Source of the DNA: Lingula anatina
Lineage: Eukaryota > Animalia > Brachiopoda
Reading direction: 5' to 3'
Assembly (NCBI GenBank): GCA_051362555.1
Contig: CM120646.1
Location: 12,090,001-12,154,000, forward strand
DNA length: 64,000 nucleotides
The notes beneath the pieces are model-generated. The model had not been told where the DNA came from, did no database searches, and worked only from the letters and a program-made list of their open reading frames with translations. The translations under genes and the position numbers were made by a program. This document shows positions 12,776 to 25,500 of this stretch, one piece after another (the stretch's first letter is position 1; each line of letters opens with the position of its first letter).

Positions 12776-14311
12776 TGTCCTCACAATTACCTGCATGACT
12801 TAAGGAGATACTGTATTCAGTGGGGAAATGGTTAAAGAAATATAAAAGCCAAACTTATTTAACTGGCAATGTTATCTATTTAATGCTTCATGTCTAGTTT
12901 AATAAATTCATTGCGGGGGCTGATCACAGTCCTTTTCGTGGCGAATCTTTCAAAAACGTGGAATTAAGCGGAAAGCATGTTAAAGTGTTGGTTCTATAAG
13001 GGTACGACTTACGAAAGGTCGTACCTCACTGGCTGGAATACATGAATGTAGAAAGATGGAGATCTTTTTTCACGCACTACTCACGCAATCCATCAAAAAC
13101 TTCAGTCTTAGATTTCATTGAACCTTCAGACACTTATGCAACGCGAAAAGAAAAGCAGGGGCGACCAGTATTGTAACCCAGACAAATTTGACCTAAATTT
13201 CTCGAATTTATATCCACAATGGAACCGGTATAAAGCATTTTATTAATTTTAGTTTTGTAATGGTGATGCCTCAGTGAACAGGACCATGCAGCCCTATTGT
13301 TATTTAATCAATTAAAAAACTGCTTTATGTCTAGTTTTATTAATTCATGCAGGGGGTAATCACAATCCTTCCTTCGTGCGAACTTTTCAAAACGTAGAAT
13401 TAAGCGGAAAACGTGTAAATTTGTTGGTTCAGGAAGGTTACGACTTACGCAAGTCGCGCCTAACTGGCAGGAGGCTTGAATGTAGAAATATCTGTTTTCA
13501 AGCGCAACTCACGTGTAAAGCAATTCTTTTAAAGTTTCACAGTCTCAAATTTCATTTACCTTTCAGACACTTTTATGCAACAAGAAAAAAGCCGGGGAAA
13601 CTAGCTATTGTAACTCAGGTAAACTTGACCCAATCTTCTCTTGGCCCAGTTAAGGCCACAGCGTACAGCTAGAGTGTCTCGTAACAGCGTTTACTGAGGT
13701 CACGGAGATTTAGGTCATTAGGCTGCCGTGCAATGAAGTACACGAGTACTTGCGACAAAATCTTTTATCAGAAGTAAGTCAGACTAAGAAAACGATTTGG
13801 TACGCCTCGGAGAGCCGATATTTTTAGCACCAAACATATAGTACTCCGAGATCCCTAAAATCTTATTATTATTATGTCTTTGCATATATATATATATATC
13901 ATCGGGGAATTTCAGCAAATTTCAGCAAGTTGTTTGGAAGCGACATGCAGACCAGATGCTACTAGCACTTTATCTATTTTTTTTTTCAATTTTCACTACA
14001 TTTCGAAAGCTTTAAGCCAAAGATTTTTCTCACTTAAATTGCAAACACTGGTGGTATTTACCATGGATGATTGTGATGCTTGTTCTTCTTTTTTTCCAAC
14101 TTCCACTGCTTTTTCATTTGCTTGAAAGTTAGGCCAGTCTCCGGGTCGCATTCTCGGTGCTTCTTCTCCTCGTACTAAAGGTGATAGTAAATAACTATTT
14201 ACATTTCTAAATCATTTAATTCGAACATGTCTACTTTCTTTTATTTTCTTCTTTTTTTATTTATAGTAAATCCTGAGCGGCCCATTGTTGTTAAGCTGAA
14301 CACTAACAGAA

Positions 14312-14362
<51 letters not shown>

Positions 14363-14606
14363 AACTGGAGAGCAATATTCAAACTTAACAAAAGCAAGTA
14401 TGTAAGGAAATGAAAATAAAAAAACTTACAATTTTCTTCAGCATATCGGCCTTTTCTAGCTTTTTCTTTAGTTTCTTAGAATATGCCCTCTCTCCCCCCT
14501 CCAACTCCGGGTACTTGGACTCGGGAAACTCCTTACGAGCCTCACTGGCTACCTGATCATACTTCTCCAACTTCGAAATTTTCTTCTCTAATTTTTCGAA
14601 CTTCAT
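9389..14606 (-). CDS. MS4A/CD20-like four-transmembrane protein (~302 aa) with Lys/Glu-rich N-terminus
   Basis: Nine exons, all GT-AG and phase-consistent: 14606-14430, 14174-14062, 12391-12277, 11705-11655, 11440-11374, 11114-11038, 10508-10368, 10143-10039, 9451-9389. Four hydrophobic segments: AQMVLGGISCAVGGIAVGF; TGVGIWGGICMIIAG (matches the MS4A TM2 G-x-x-x-W-G-G-x-x-x-I-x-x-G pattern); GLAGLSFICALLLTGFG; VLIDVLTMAVGVIYIMIF. The Thr-rich loop between TM3 and TM4 has NAT/NAT/NAS sequons. The family call is from motif resemblance only, and the last exon is the least certain. Confidence 0.8.
9839..9897. repeat. Compound (GT)n(GA)n microsatellite; similar tracts at 5763-5798, 6807-6858, 7309-7352 and 12668-12772
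   Basis: Read directly from the sequence. Confidence 0.95.
12552..13633. repeat. Diverged tandem duplication inside an MS4A-like intron
   Basis: ATTTATATCCACAATGGAACCGGTA at 12552 and 13206; 12883-13197 aligns with 13321-13633. Confidence 0.8.
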
Positions 14607-14691
14607 CTTGCTGAAAGAGAGTTATGACTGGCTTGTCACCTGTAAAGAAGAAAGCCACAATATATATTTATGCCAGTTGATGGGCTTAAGT

Positions 14692-14790
14692 GTCACGTGA
14701 TAGAGTCACGTGACTATCAAAAGCGCATTCATGTATTTTTCCGGCGATCCATAGCTCAGCTAAACATGGCATCTTTACTTGAGAAGGTAA
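14692..14790 (+). promoter_or_regulatory. Candidate plus-strand promoter and first exon (double GTCACGTGA E-box, TTCCGG, AAACATGGC, splice donor)
   Basis: GTCACGTGATAGAGTCACGTGACTATC, then TTCCGG, AAACATGGCA and GAGAAG|gtaaag. Confidence 0.4.
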
Positions 14791-15227
14791 AGCATTTTAA
14801 CGAACGACTCCGCCCAACAATAGACCAGCCTGTTTCACTGTTAAATTAGGCAACTTGTTTAAGGCTGTAAGATGCATGTAGAATTATCGATTTGTTTTTG
14901 TATTGAACAATACTCAAAACATTGGTAGGCAGCTAAGGATAAAGGCAATACAAATACAAATTCCGACTGCTTTGCTTTGAATGTTGAAACAAATTAGTGA
15001 CACAATCGCTGCCAGACTTGCTACGCTTTCTGACTTCACGCGGACAAACTGTAACTATGATAACTTGGTTGCGCAAAGCTATTGACATTTAAGATTTATT
15101 TTTCTCTGGCGTTACTTAACTGCAAATAATGTGTCATTAAATCTCTTTACACATATAAGAAAAAAAATAAACCCAAGCCACACAAATGATCGATCTGCTT
15201 CTGTTATAACCTTTTAAGCAAACATAC

Positions 15228-15371
15228 CTGGTCACTCAAATCACCTCCGGCTAGGCAGAATCTCCTCCGTGACTTTCTCTTTGACCGTCTTCCTGTCTCT
15301 CCCTATATCCCTAAAGCCTGTCCGAATGTACGTCCGCTACCCTGAACACTGCTTGCGGGAATGAGTTGCAC
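15228..15371 (-). other. Probable non-coding 5'UTR exon of the MS4A-like gene
   Basis: Acceptor ctttttcag and donor CAG|gtatgt; stops in all three frames; a good acceptor at 14640 precedes the ATG exon. Confidence 0.5.
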
Positions 15372-17360
15372 CTGAAAAAGCAGTTAATAATGAAGTATAG
15401 TCACCCGCGAATATTTTGTGCGCAACGCACTATGGTATCCTTACGTAAGGCGAAATCATTCCCCCAAAATCTTGACCTGTTCACGAGGGTGATACGATCG
15501 TCCAATCGTCATTCATACTTGAATTAAGCAGATTTTCTCTTTATCTTTCTAGAATCCTATTTTGTAAACGAAAAAAAAAAACTTTAACAAAAAAGGTTTT
15601 TCCATATTAATTAGTTTAAGGAAAACCCTGACTGCCCGGGTTAAAACTTAAATAATGCAAAGAACGGCTACTGAAAATGTATAGAACTTACGCAAGGTCT
15701 ATAAGGGTCCTCGAGGTCGGCCTTACCTATAGTTTGACGCACAGGTAACTTAGATACGTGAACCTTTTCATACTGTATTTACAAGGGGCGGTCACCTGGC
15801 AAAACAATCCCAAGTTCTTGATTCATTTTATTTATTTTTTATTTTTTTGCTGTGAAGCAGGGGTGGGCAATGACCAAGTCCACATATCGCCGCTGCTGAG
15901 AGCGGTCAGAGCGTTTCAATATTGAACAGGTCCCAGAAGACATAATTTTTGAAGAATGCAGTTCTCCTTTTATTGAAGATACCCGGCTACAAACGCGGCT
16001 TTTCACATTCTACTTTAACCTTGACAGTTGCGACCGATTACAAAAATGTAGAGCGTTAGATAAAAGTTGGCGAGGACGCGGTTAAGGCTGACACAAGACT
16101 GGTCCATCATGACAGGCTTTGGTAAAGGAGCAGCGGACAGAGACGGTCTCGGATGACGAACATATACCAACAAAGACGGTCCCTTACATAAGCCGAAAAG
16201 CTTACATAAATATTAAATAAGTGGTCTAGCCGTCCCATTGTTTCTCTTATCTTCTCTTACTCAACATTAGTCTATATCTTTAATATTAACAAATTCTTTT
16301 TTCTCTAATAAAAAACGCAATTACATTTAAATGGAATATTAAATGTAGTGATTTACAGTGTAAAATGTTGTACCTGAAGCGTATTTGTGAAACAACCATA
16401 ATGGAGGCTATGTTCACGACTAGAAAGATATAACAAAACAAAAACTTTATGGGGAGAAACGAGAGACAAAGCTATGAAACTATCATTTTAGGAAATAGAC
16501 CATCATTATGCCGTCTGAGATTTTTTAAGTGTTTCTTTATCATCTGAGAGAATGGGCACTTATGCCTGTTCCTGAAAACTTAAAAAAGTGAATAAAATTT
16601 ATTGTCAATAACTATATCTTCTCAGCTATACCCACGCTCTTTTAAGATTTTCTTCGCTGATAGTTTCATGATGGCCTTTTTCAGGAAACTGACAACAAAA
16701 TTAGTTCTGTTTTATCCTACACTTTCATCTTAACGACTCGACCGCATTGTTGTACATGAACTAAGACTTTTGCGTAAGGTGTACATGTGCTTTAAGTCCT
16801 CTTCGATTGTACGTCGTGAATAGCGCTGACGCTGATGGCCAGTTTAAGTGTTAATAAGGGGCGTTTAGAAAGTTCACCTTTTAGACCGTTCTCCGCGTGT
16901 AACGGCTCGAATGCATGGAAGAATACATCTTGTCTGAACCTGACACAACTAACCAGTGAAAAAACAATTTAAAGAAATTACATAAGCAGTGCAAATTCGA
17001 CTCATTTTGCTCAAGCATTAGTTACATTATTTGTATTAAGGTCTCAATAAATCTCTTCATATATTTAATAAATAAATGTTACAACAAACCCACTAGTACA
17101 TGTTAAACACATACACTGGTTTATTTTCGACATAACAGCAGAAATATATAGTTATACATATCCCAGTTGCTTGGAATCATAAAATCCTACCAGTCTAAGA
17201 AAAATAATTATATAAATATAGAGTGTAACGAGGATAGAGATTTATAGTTCCTACTGTACCTCACCACTGTAAATAACCGTAAGACTTTTGGCAACAACAT
17301 AATACTAATACAGCTTGGACAGTTTGTAAGTTGAACTGGTACATACTGTATACACATAGA

Positions 17361-17610
17361 CTGGGTTCCCATACTTAGATCGCTCCATCTGGATCGACCT
17401 AACTCCCTGGGGGTTCACGCTAAATTGCCATCAACTCAAGAGGCTTAAATTTCTGTCACGCCTACCAAATCAGCTAGGGGTAAAGATAATTACCCCCTAA
17501 TAGTAATAGCTTTACTAGGCGTGACAGACGTTTAAGCCAGTTAGTTTGACAGCAATTTAGTGAGACTCCCCAGGGAGATAGATCGATCCAAATATCTGTG
17601 GGAATGGTCC
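17361..17610. mobile_element. MITE family A, copy 1 (downstream of unc80, possibly 3'UTR)
   Basis: TTCCCATA..AGATCG..ACCTAACTCCCTGGGGGTTCACGCTAAA ... TAGTGAGACTCCCCAGGGAGATAGATCGAT..GGGAATGG; long imperfect TIRs; homologous to the 18214 and 44477 copies. Confidence 0.7.
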
Positions 17611-18213
17611 CATAGATATGTATCAATTACCGCCACCATTTCAATACCACTTCACATCAATACCATATCATCCAAAAATTACTGCATGTACCCCTGAACC
17701 TGCATTTGGAAAGAGAAAGAATATCATAATCTAAATGCAAAAATACAGATACTTCATGTATTTTACAGACATGAAAGCTTTAAAGATTTAAAACTTAAAT
17801 TGATTCCAAACTGTAGTGTTTTTGATGTTGAAAATGGAGCTATGGTAATACAGAATAATAAATACACATGTACCAGTATAACATTAAATGTATATCACAT
17901 TACATATTGGTTTGTAAAGCTGGCCCAACACATTTAAGTAATCTATAATAAATTAAGTTTACCATAATTTTAAACAAGCATAGAGAATTATTGCACTGTT
18001 CATTTTGACTAATATTTGATATGAAGCCCGATCAGAAGCAACTAACTACGATATTTAAGAAGGAATAACTGTATACAACTGTCACAATATTTTTTCTAAA
18101 AAGGAAACAGAACATATGTTTATGAGGATTGTTGTCTCACTAAAACAAGGAACTTATATAATAAATACAACAAGATGATGTCTTCATTTACCAAGGATAA
18201 ATATAGGAGTGTA

Positions 18214-18438
18214 TGGGTGCTTTCCCAGAGATTTAGATCGATCTAGAGATTAAGATTTAGATCGACCTAACTCCCTGGGGGTTCAGGCTAAATTGCAGTC
18301 AGCCGAGCGAGCACCATAGTTTATTACCCCTTTGCAGCTTTTAGTAGGCTGGACAGATGCTTAAGCCGGCCAAGCTGACAGTAATCTAGTGAGACTCCCC
18401 ACAGGGATAGATCGATCTAAAAATCTATGGAAATGGGG
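18214..18438. mobile_element. MITE family A, copy 2
   Basis: Same TIR and core (AGATCGACCTAACTCCCTGGGGGTTCA...GTGAGACTCCCC...GGGATAGATCGATCTAAAA). Confidence 0.7.
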
Positions 18439-18860
18439 TGTATGTGTGTGCATGCATGTGAGTGAACGTATATACTGAATTACTGATAACCATATATGTA
18501 AATGCATATAGACCTAATGTGGCTGAAGATAAATAGAGTGAAGGATTAATACAAGGGTTTTAACTAAGTTTCTTTTTTATCAAATGCCTTATATTACATT
18601 GACAGAAACAATAGCTGAAAGATATCTAGCCTTTGATTTGTGACTTTAAAAAAGAACAATATTACCTCAAAAAAAGATAAAATGCTACACAAAAGTGCCC
18701 AAAGAATAAAACTAAACTTGACAAAAATAACAAGTAAAAAGTACTGCTATATAAGAAATATAACTATAATATATATGTGTATAATGGCTCTCACAAAAAG
18801 AAGCACTGTAATAGAAGGGAAGAGATTCTGACCTCCTAGTAAGCATAACATCAGTGTCAT

Positions 18861-19102
18861 AAGACCTGTTGTCTTCCTACAACAATATTTTACCCACTGC
18901 CTGCTTTGCTCATATTCTACTTTCTTCCACCATAAATAATATCAATTTCCTCCACAGAAAAATAGTAAGCATTATATATGTGTCGCAAGATCTGTTGTCT
19001 CCTGTAAGTTTATTACAACATAATTTTTTACCCACTGCCTGCTTTGTTCATTTTCTACTTTCTTCCACCATAAATAATATCAAATTTCCCCACAGAAAAA
19101 AA
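18861..19102. repeat. ~125-bp tandem duplication downstream of the unc80 stop
   Basis: TTTTACCCACTGCCTGCTTTG..TTCTACTTTCTTCCACCATAAATAATATCAA occurs twice. Confidence 0.8.
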
Positions 19103-19173
19103 TCTTACATGTACATACTGATCTCACCATTGTTGAGATTGTTATGCTTATAAATGGCACATTGTATGCATTT

Positions 19174-19355
19174 CAGGCCCGTAGCCAGCAATTCCAAAGG
19201 GGGGGGGGGGGAGGGGAGGGTCTTTTTTTCTGAAAAAGTAGACCTTTTACCATAAAATCTTAATGTACCAAGATCAGATTTTACCCAGAGGGGGCCTTTT
19301 ATCAGCAAAAGTGGCAGTTCTTTTGAACTTCCCTAACCCCCTGGCTACAGGCCTG
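19174..19355. mobile_element. MITE with 15-bp TIR and 5-bp TSD, just 3' of the unc80 stop
   Basis: CAGGCCCGTAGCCAG ... CTGGCTACAGGCCTG, flanked by CATTT on both sides. Confidence 0.75.
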
Positions 19356-19551
19356 CATTTTAAGCTCTAAGTAAGAATATCATTATTATTGAAAGTGTCA
19401 TGTAACACGTACTGTCCATTTTGTAATCGCAAACTGATGTTTAACTAATGCAACCAGAGTACAAATCCCAATATTCAATTGGGGCACCTTTCAATTTTGT
19501 TTTTCAATCTGTGTGCACATCATAAATTCTTTCAGTTAACTGGAGCATTGC

Positions 19552-22500
19552 TTAAATTCTGGTTGAGTCCATTCCCTTCCCATGATTTGCAGACCTTGCA
19601 ATTTTGCTTTCCTTTTTCAGCAGGGATGCACCTTCATTGCTGGTAATGGATTGAATTGACTCCGCAGAGCTGTATCTCTGCAGGGGATCGCTTTCCCTTG
19701 CTGGCGACTGACGTGGACTTATAGATGGAGAACGGCTAATACTTTGCGATGACTGCAACCCCAGCTTTCCCAACTGTCTTGCGATCCTAGAGCGCGCACC
19801 ACTGGGGGCACCACTGCGTGAGGCATCCAAGATGTTCTCTGTTGAACGAGAGCGCTTGTAGCGGCCTTTTGGAGGGGACTGGAAATGCAATATAAATAAT
19901 AACTTCATTATTCATAACTTTTAAGGAACAAATGATAAAGTGTGCAAATTTTTAATCCCTCCCAAGGCAAAGTGCAGGTTGTCTGATATTTTGGTGTTCA
20001 TTATGACAGAAATGACACATTGTGTGGTACTAGTGCACTTTTCTGTTTCACACCCATTTTGACGGCTCCTAACATAAAATTATGCAATGGGTGGTTTTAC
20101 TGTCCTTCACAAGTTCACTTCCAACTGTTTAGACCTATCAAAATGAATCTCTTTAACTGGCGGTGTCTAGCACGAGGGCTCCATTTCTTATCAAAGCTTT
20201 AATCCTTCAAAATAGTATGAAACAGAAAAATACACTGCACCATGATAAAGAGCCCTAGCTGTCCCCCACCTGAGCCAGGGTCAATTCTCCATGTAATTCA
20301 GTATGGGACTTGCTGACAGCCATTCTCAAGGGACTTTGTCCAGCTCTGGGTGTCACCCCGATCTTGTCCGTCTCCTCCAGAGAGGAGCATCTCTGTTGCA
20401 GTCCCTCTGGAATATCCTCAAGGACTGGAGATGATATGATCCCGGATCCGCCATGACTGCCTCTCTTCCGTAACAGACCTTCAGGATGTAATATAAAAGC
20501 ATTATTTCCATAATTATTGATTTACATCTAGCATTTACAGTATTACATACTCAGGCTTTCATTTATTCATCAGCTGTAAGGTGTCCCTTGTCTGCTACTA
20601 ATAGATGTGTAATTAAGAATGGCATTACATTTTTCCCTATTTGAAGTTATAATCTAAAATCCCCACTGCTTTAACAATTTTAGCAAGAGATATTGTTTAT
20701 CACATGATCATGTGTGTCATCAACTATGATTGGATGGAATTTTGTCCACTCACTGAACTGGGCCACGGGTTCTGCGACACTGTCTTCCTGTATGATGGTC
20801 TGGGGTACTACCTGTTCCGTGACACATTCTGTTGCAATCTCCTTCAGTTCTTGCATCTCGACCTAGAAAATGTATAAAAATTGTAGCGTCTCCATTAACA
20901 TGTATATACATTTGGAATTGCCAGGGAAAAATTATATATGAACTATAAATTGTATATAAGCTTTAAATTATACCGAGTACTGTACTTTGTAATTTTGAAA
21001 ATTATAGCTTTACCGTGTACATACATGTTGTATTTCAAACTTGAAAATCTTTATCATTATTTTAAGTCTCCACATACTGTTTCAATTGTATGAAAATCTA
21101 AAATTTCTACCTATAAATGGTATATGATAATTTTTAACTGTTCTGACTCTCTCTCTTTCTTTTCTCTCTCTCTCTCCCTTTCTCACCAGACATCACATTC
21201 AAAATAAATATAAAAACTGGCAACTGACCTGTGTGGGTTGTACTTCCTCTGCTGCTATGGCGATGGTTTCCGGGCCAACCCCTGCCACTCTCTCCCTGTC
21301 TCTGGTCTGACTCCGCCTACTGAATGCCTTGGTGCCCATCCTTTTCACTTTGAAGGTTTTACGACTCTTGAAATCTGCCCTCTGAAGGCGATGGGTTCTA
21401 ACATCACTTGCAGTTTCTATGAATGCCGAAGGCTCCCCGTTGGTTTCTTCATCGAAAGAACTAGCAGCTAAGGTGGAGAATGTGAAAGTTTGAACATTTC
21501 TATGTGTGAAATCTCTCTCAAAGATAAAATGTGAATATTGGTACTTACCTCACCAAGAACATAAAAGGAATTTAAAAAAAATAAATCAAAAAAGGTATGA
21601 ACCAAAATATGGTTCTCAATATCATGAAATGTTAAAGTAAACTCAAATATTTTATCACTTTGTAACTACCTCATAATTATTTACACAAATAATTAAAACA
21701 AACAATTATAATCATATGAGCCAAAAGGTGACAACCAGCAATCACCTATACATAATATATTGTAATACATCAGGAGAAGAGAAAGCAAGAAAATTTGCAG
21801 ACTGATATCGATGCAGAACCCCATTGCAATGAAAAGAGCAAGAAAACAGTGAGACAGCATATTCCCTTGTGTAGAACCTGGGTTAACTTTAAGGTGGGTG
21901 GGTGGGGGGGGGGGGGGGGGGGGGGAGGACAGGATTTGAACCCCCCCCCCCCCCCCCCCCAACACTACTCTATGCTACTCCCTGGACCTGCTTTGTCACA
22001 CTTTTCACCCAGAGCTCTATCACCAAAACAATAAGCAGTTCAACTTCATCAAATAATGTCAATTAAGTGTTAAATAAATTAAATACAACCCTAATGTTAT
22101 CACTGATATTAATGCTGCTCCAATGCCTCCATGTGGATATATAATCCTGTATAGAATAAGGATACAGGATACATAATCCTGTATATTTCATAAGTATGTT
22201 AATCATAGAACAAAGTCACACATTAACACAAAGAGTCTAATACATGATTTTGCAGCTAGGTGAAGGTAGTAACCACTCCATGTTAATATTAATATCTCAC
22301 CTAATGCAATATCACAACCCTGTTATATCCACGTCAAGCAATACCACAACCTGGTTATATCTCACCTAAGGCCACACTTTTTTTAATTTTATGGATGACG
22401 TCCTGCGCGCGCACCGATTTTCGTCCGTTCTCCAAAAAAAAAAAAAAAAAAAAAATCCCCCCCCCCCCCAAAGGAAGTCGGTTGTCGCAAACATCGTTTT

Positions 22501-25500
22501 TGAATTTGCCGGAAAATGCAATCGGCAATTCTCTGCTAATTCCGCAAGCTCCATACTGTCATTGTCGACTGCGGAGACATCCGAGTAGTTCCGAGTGTGG
22601 AAAATGAGCTTTCTGCGCATGCGTATTATCACCACATGGAAATATGGCCGTTTTGCCGTCAACTTCATCTCTAGCATTAATTTCAAAATACACGACAATT
22701 AAAGTCATAAAGAGAACGGGGGCCGTCGTTTTGGATTGGTTTGCCATTGATATTGGACATGGAGATATCACCCTTTTACAATTTTACGAAAGGCTGGCCG
22801 CGGCCAGCAATCATCGCCCGGAAAATTTCAGTGACATTCTGTCCAAAGCAGCACATACCAGTTTCTTTTTGGAGCGAAAAAAGGGTCGACAAGAGCGTCG
22901 CGGTATTTGGTGGACTGAAGGTCGGACAGGCCACCCGATAGTTGGCTGCTAGCGTGTGAGTCGAAGTAGACAAAATGGCATCGACCGAAATTACCTTAGT
23001 AGTAGGAAGCATAGGCCTATCTTTGCTTAATTTTTTAAACAATTCTGTGAAGTGTTTACAATGCTTTAATTTTCTGAGAGTACAAATAAAGACACGCTAT
23101 TTATTTGATATTTGTTTTATTGGTTTCTATACCAACAGAATGCATGAAATAACCTTAAATAGATTTGGTAATATGCAGCATATATATTCATGACTTTTTA
23201 CCTTTCTACGAAGTAGGCCCTATTCACAATGCTTTAATATTTTGAGAGCATGGATAAAGACATGTTGTTAGTTTGATACGTGTTTCTGTGGTAAATTAGT
23301 GTTTCCAGCTGTGTACTGAAAACATAACTTTTCTGAAGCAGTTTTTTTTTTTTTTTTGGACTGTTTTTTTTTTTTTTTTCGCCCGCTCGCACCGACTTTG
23401 GGGTCCCCAGAGGATGTCATCCATAAAAATAAAAAAGTGTGGCCTAATGCAATATCACAATCCAATGATATCACTCCAAGAGCAATATCACAATCCAATG
23501 ATATCACTCCTAGTGCAATATCACAATCCAATGATATCACTCCAAGAGCAATATCACAGACACATAGTATCACACCGAGTGCAATATCACAACCCTGCAA
23601 AATCACTCTAAGTTAGATATCACATCCCTGTGAAATCCCTACTGGAGCAATATCACAGCCATGTGCTATCACAACTAGCACAATATCGCAATCCTGTGAT
23701 ATCAAAGCACAAAATCAGTTATATCGTATCATACCCAGTGTAATATCACACAATTTATAATGCTTGGACTATCATTCCAAAAAGCCATGGTTCTCTATAG
23801 ATTAAAGATCGAGTTGTTCCCTGTCTTCACCCGTGAATTTCAAATAGAAGTTTTAACTTTTAACTTATTAAAATAAGTGCAGGAAACCAACCCTAGTTTA
23901 TTCAATCTATTCAAAAAATGCCAACAGATAAGCAGCCTTGAAATAATTGTTAAAAAAAACACTGCAAAATATTTCTTGCATGTATCATTGTTTAGTACCT
24001 GCAAATTTGTTCCTATAATATGTAAGAATAATTCAAATGCAAGCATCCTGTTTAAAGAAAGAACAATTATGCAATGACCATAATGCAATACCTGGACACA
24101 TGCAAGAAACTAAATCCAAGCAGCAGCCCCTGTTCTAATGGATCACTTCACCACTGTTCAGACAAGACAATCTGGTCCTCCATTGAAGTGCAAACAACTC
24201 ACTTTTTGTCTAAAACAGTTCTTGTCTGGAGTGCATTTATGCCAGGTGAAATAAATGTATGCAAATATTTGTTATTTTCACAATTTTCTTTAAAAAAAAT
24301 GATTAACACTGGTCAAACTGACTTCTAAGTTAAAAGATTTGTTTGAAAAGAACTGTTTTTATCAAAAAATAGTTGCAACTTGTGTTGTAACCAAATTAGT
24401 CATATTCCCTTGCCTGTTAGTATTCAAGTGTCTAATAATAAACTAGGCCTAATTCTGACCAAAAATATTCCTTGTCTGAACTCTTAATTTTGTTAAAGTT
24501 AGATATAAAGTATGTTAGATTAATTTTGAAATATATTAGTTTTTATTACACTTTTAAATGTGTATATATAAGTACATATTCATTGAGGAGTTTTTGAAAA
24601 AGACACATTTTTGAGACCATCAAAGTGCAGGTGCTATTTTAGTCAGCTTTATTTACATTAATATGCTATATGTGATACCCCAGTGAGTAAGCAGCTTCCA
24701 CCTCAATCTGCTGGTTTTGCTTTAACAAGTTTTGCTCTGGTTGTGCTCTAGTGAAAAAGAAATAAAGGGCACTTCCCAAATTTAATTATTTTTATCACCA
24801 ACATCACTAATTGTTCTTAAAATTTCATGAAACTTTTTAAAATCTCTCTTTCACTTTTTCCACAAATTTCACATGCAACAAATTGAAAATTCAGTATTCA
24901 TCATATTCATATCAGGTCCATTTATTTTATTTATTTGGTCTAAACCACAAACTAAAGAACACACCTTCATCACTGCTTTTCTCCTCCTCAGTATGACCTT
25001 CACATTCTGTGACCTCATTTTGACCTTGACCTATATTCTGTTGACCTTGCTCCTCCTCATTATCTGATAAACTTTCCTGGACAGTCGCTGACTGCCTCGT
25101 CAGTTTTTTCCTACGTGTTAATGTTTGGGCAACATCCTCATCATATGAAGCTTTATGTCTAACTAACTTCCCTCGATGATAAACACGATTGTGACGTTGT
25201 CTAAAGAAGGGCGAAGGCGTTTGTGACTGAGTGGTGCTGACATCTATAGTGCAACAAAACAATAAGCATGCACATGACATACCAATGCAACAGAAACAAT
25301 AAGTAAATCAATGACAATAAGAATGATGCAACAAACAAAAATGGTACAATGCACAAGATGCAGGGTATTAACAACAACAACCAATCAATTATGGAATGCA
25401 AGATGCAATAACAATATGCAATGACAATGATAAAACATAGTGTTAAAATAAATAAACTAATATCGTTTAAGTGAAACTTTCATGCATATTATGAGTAGGC

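Noticed and set aside
22366-23193. ORFs inside the Harbinger-type element as a transposase
   Set aside because: Short, overlapping, and lacking a recognisable DDE or Myb/SANT signature.
23268-23616. Repetitive ORFs (CDIALGVISLD / AISQSNDITP) as a repeat protein
   Set aside because: Translation artefacts of a 30-bp minisatellite and a transposon end; open on both strands with no convincing splice context.
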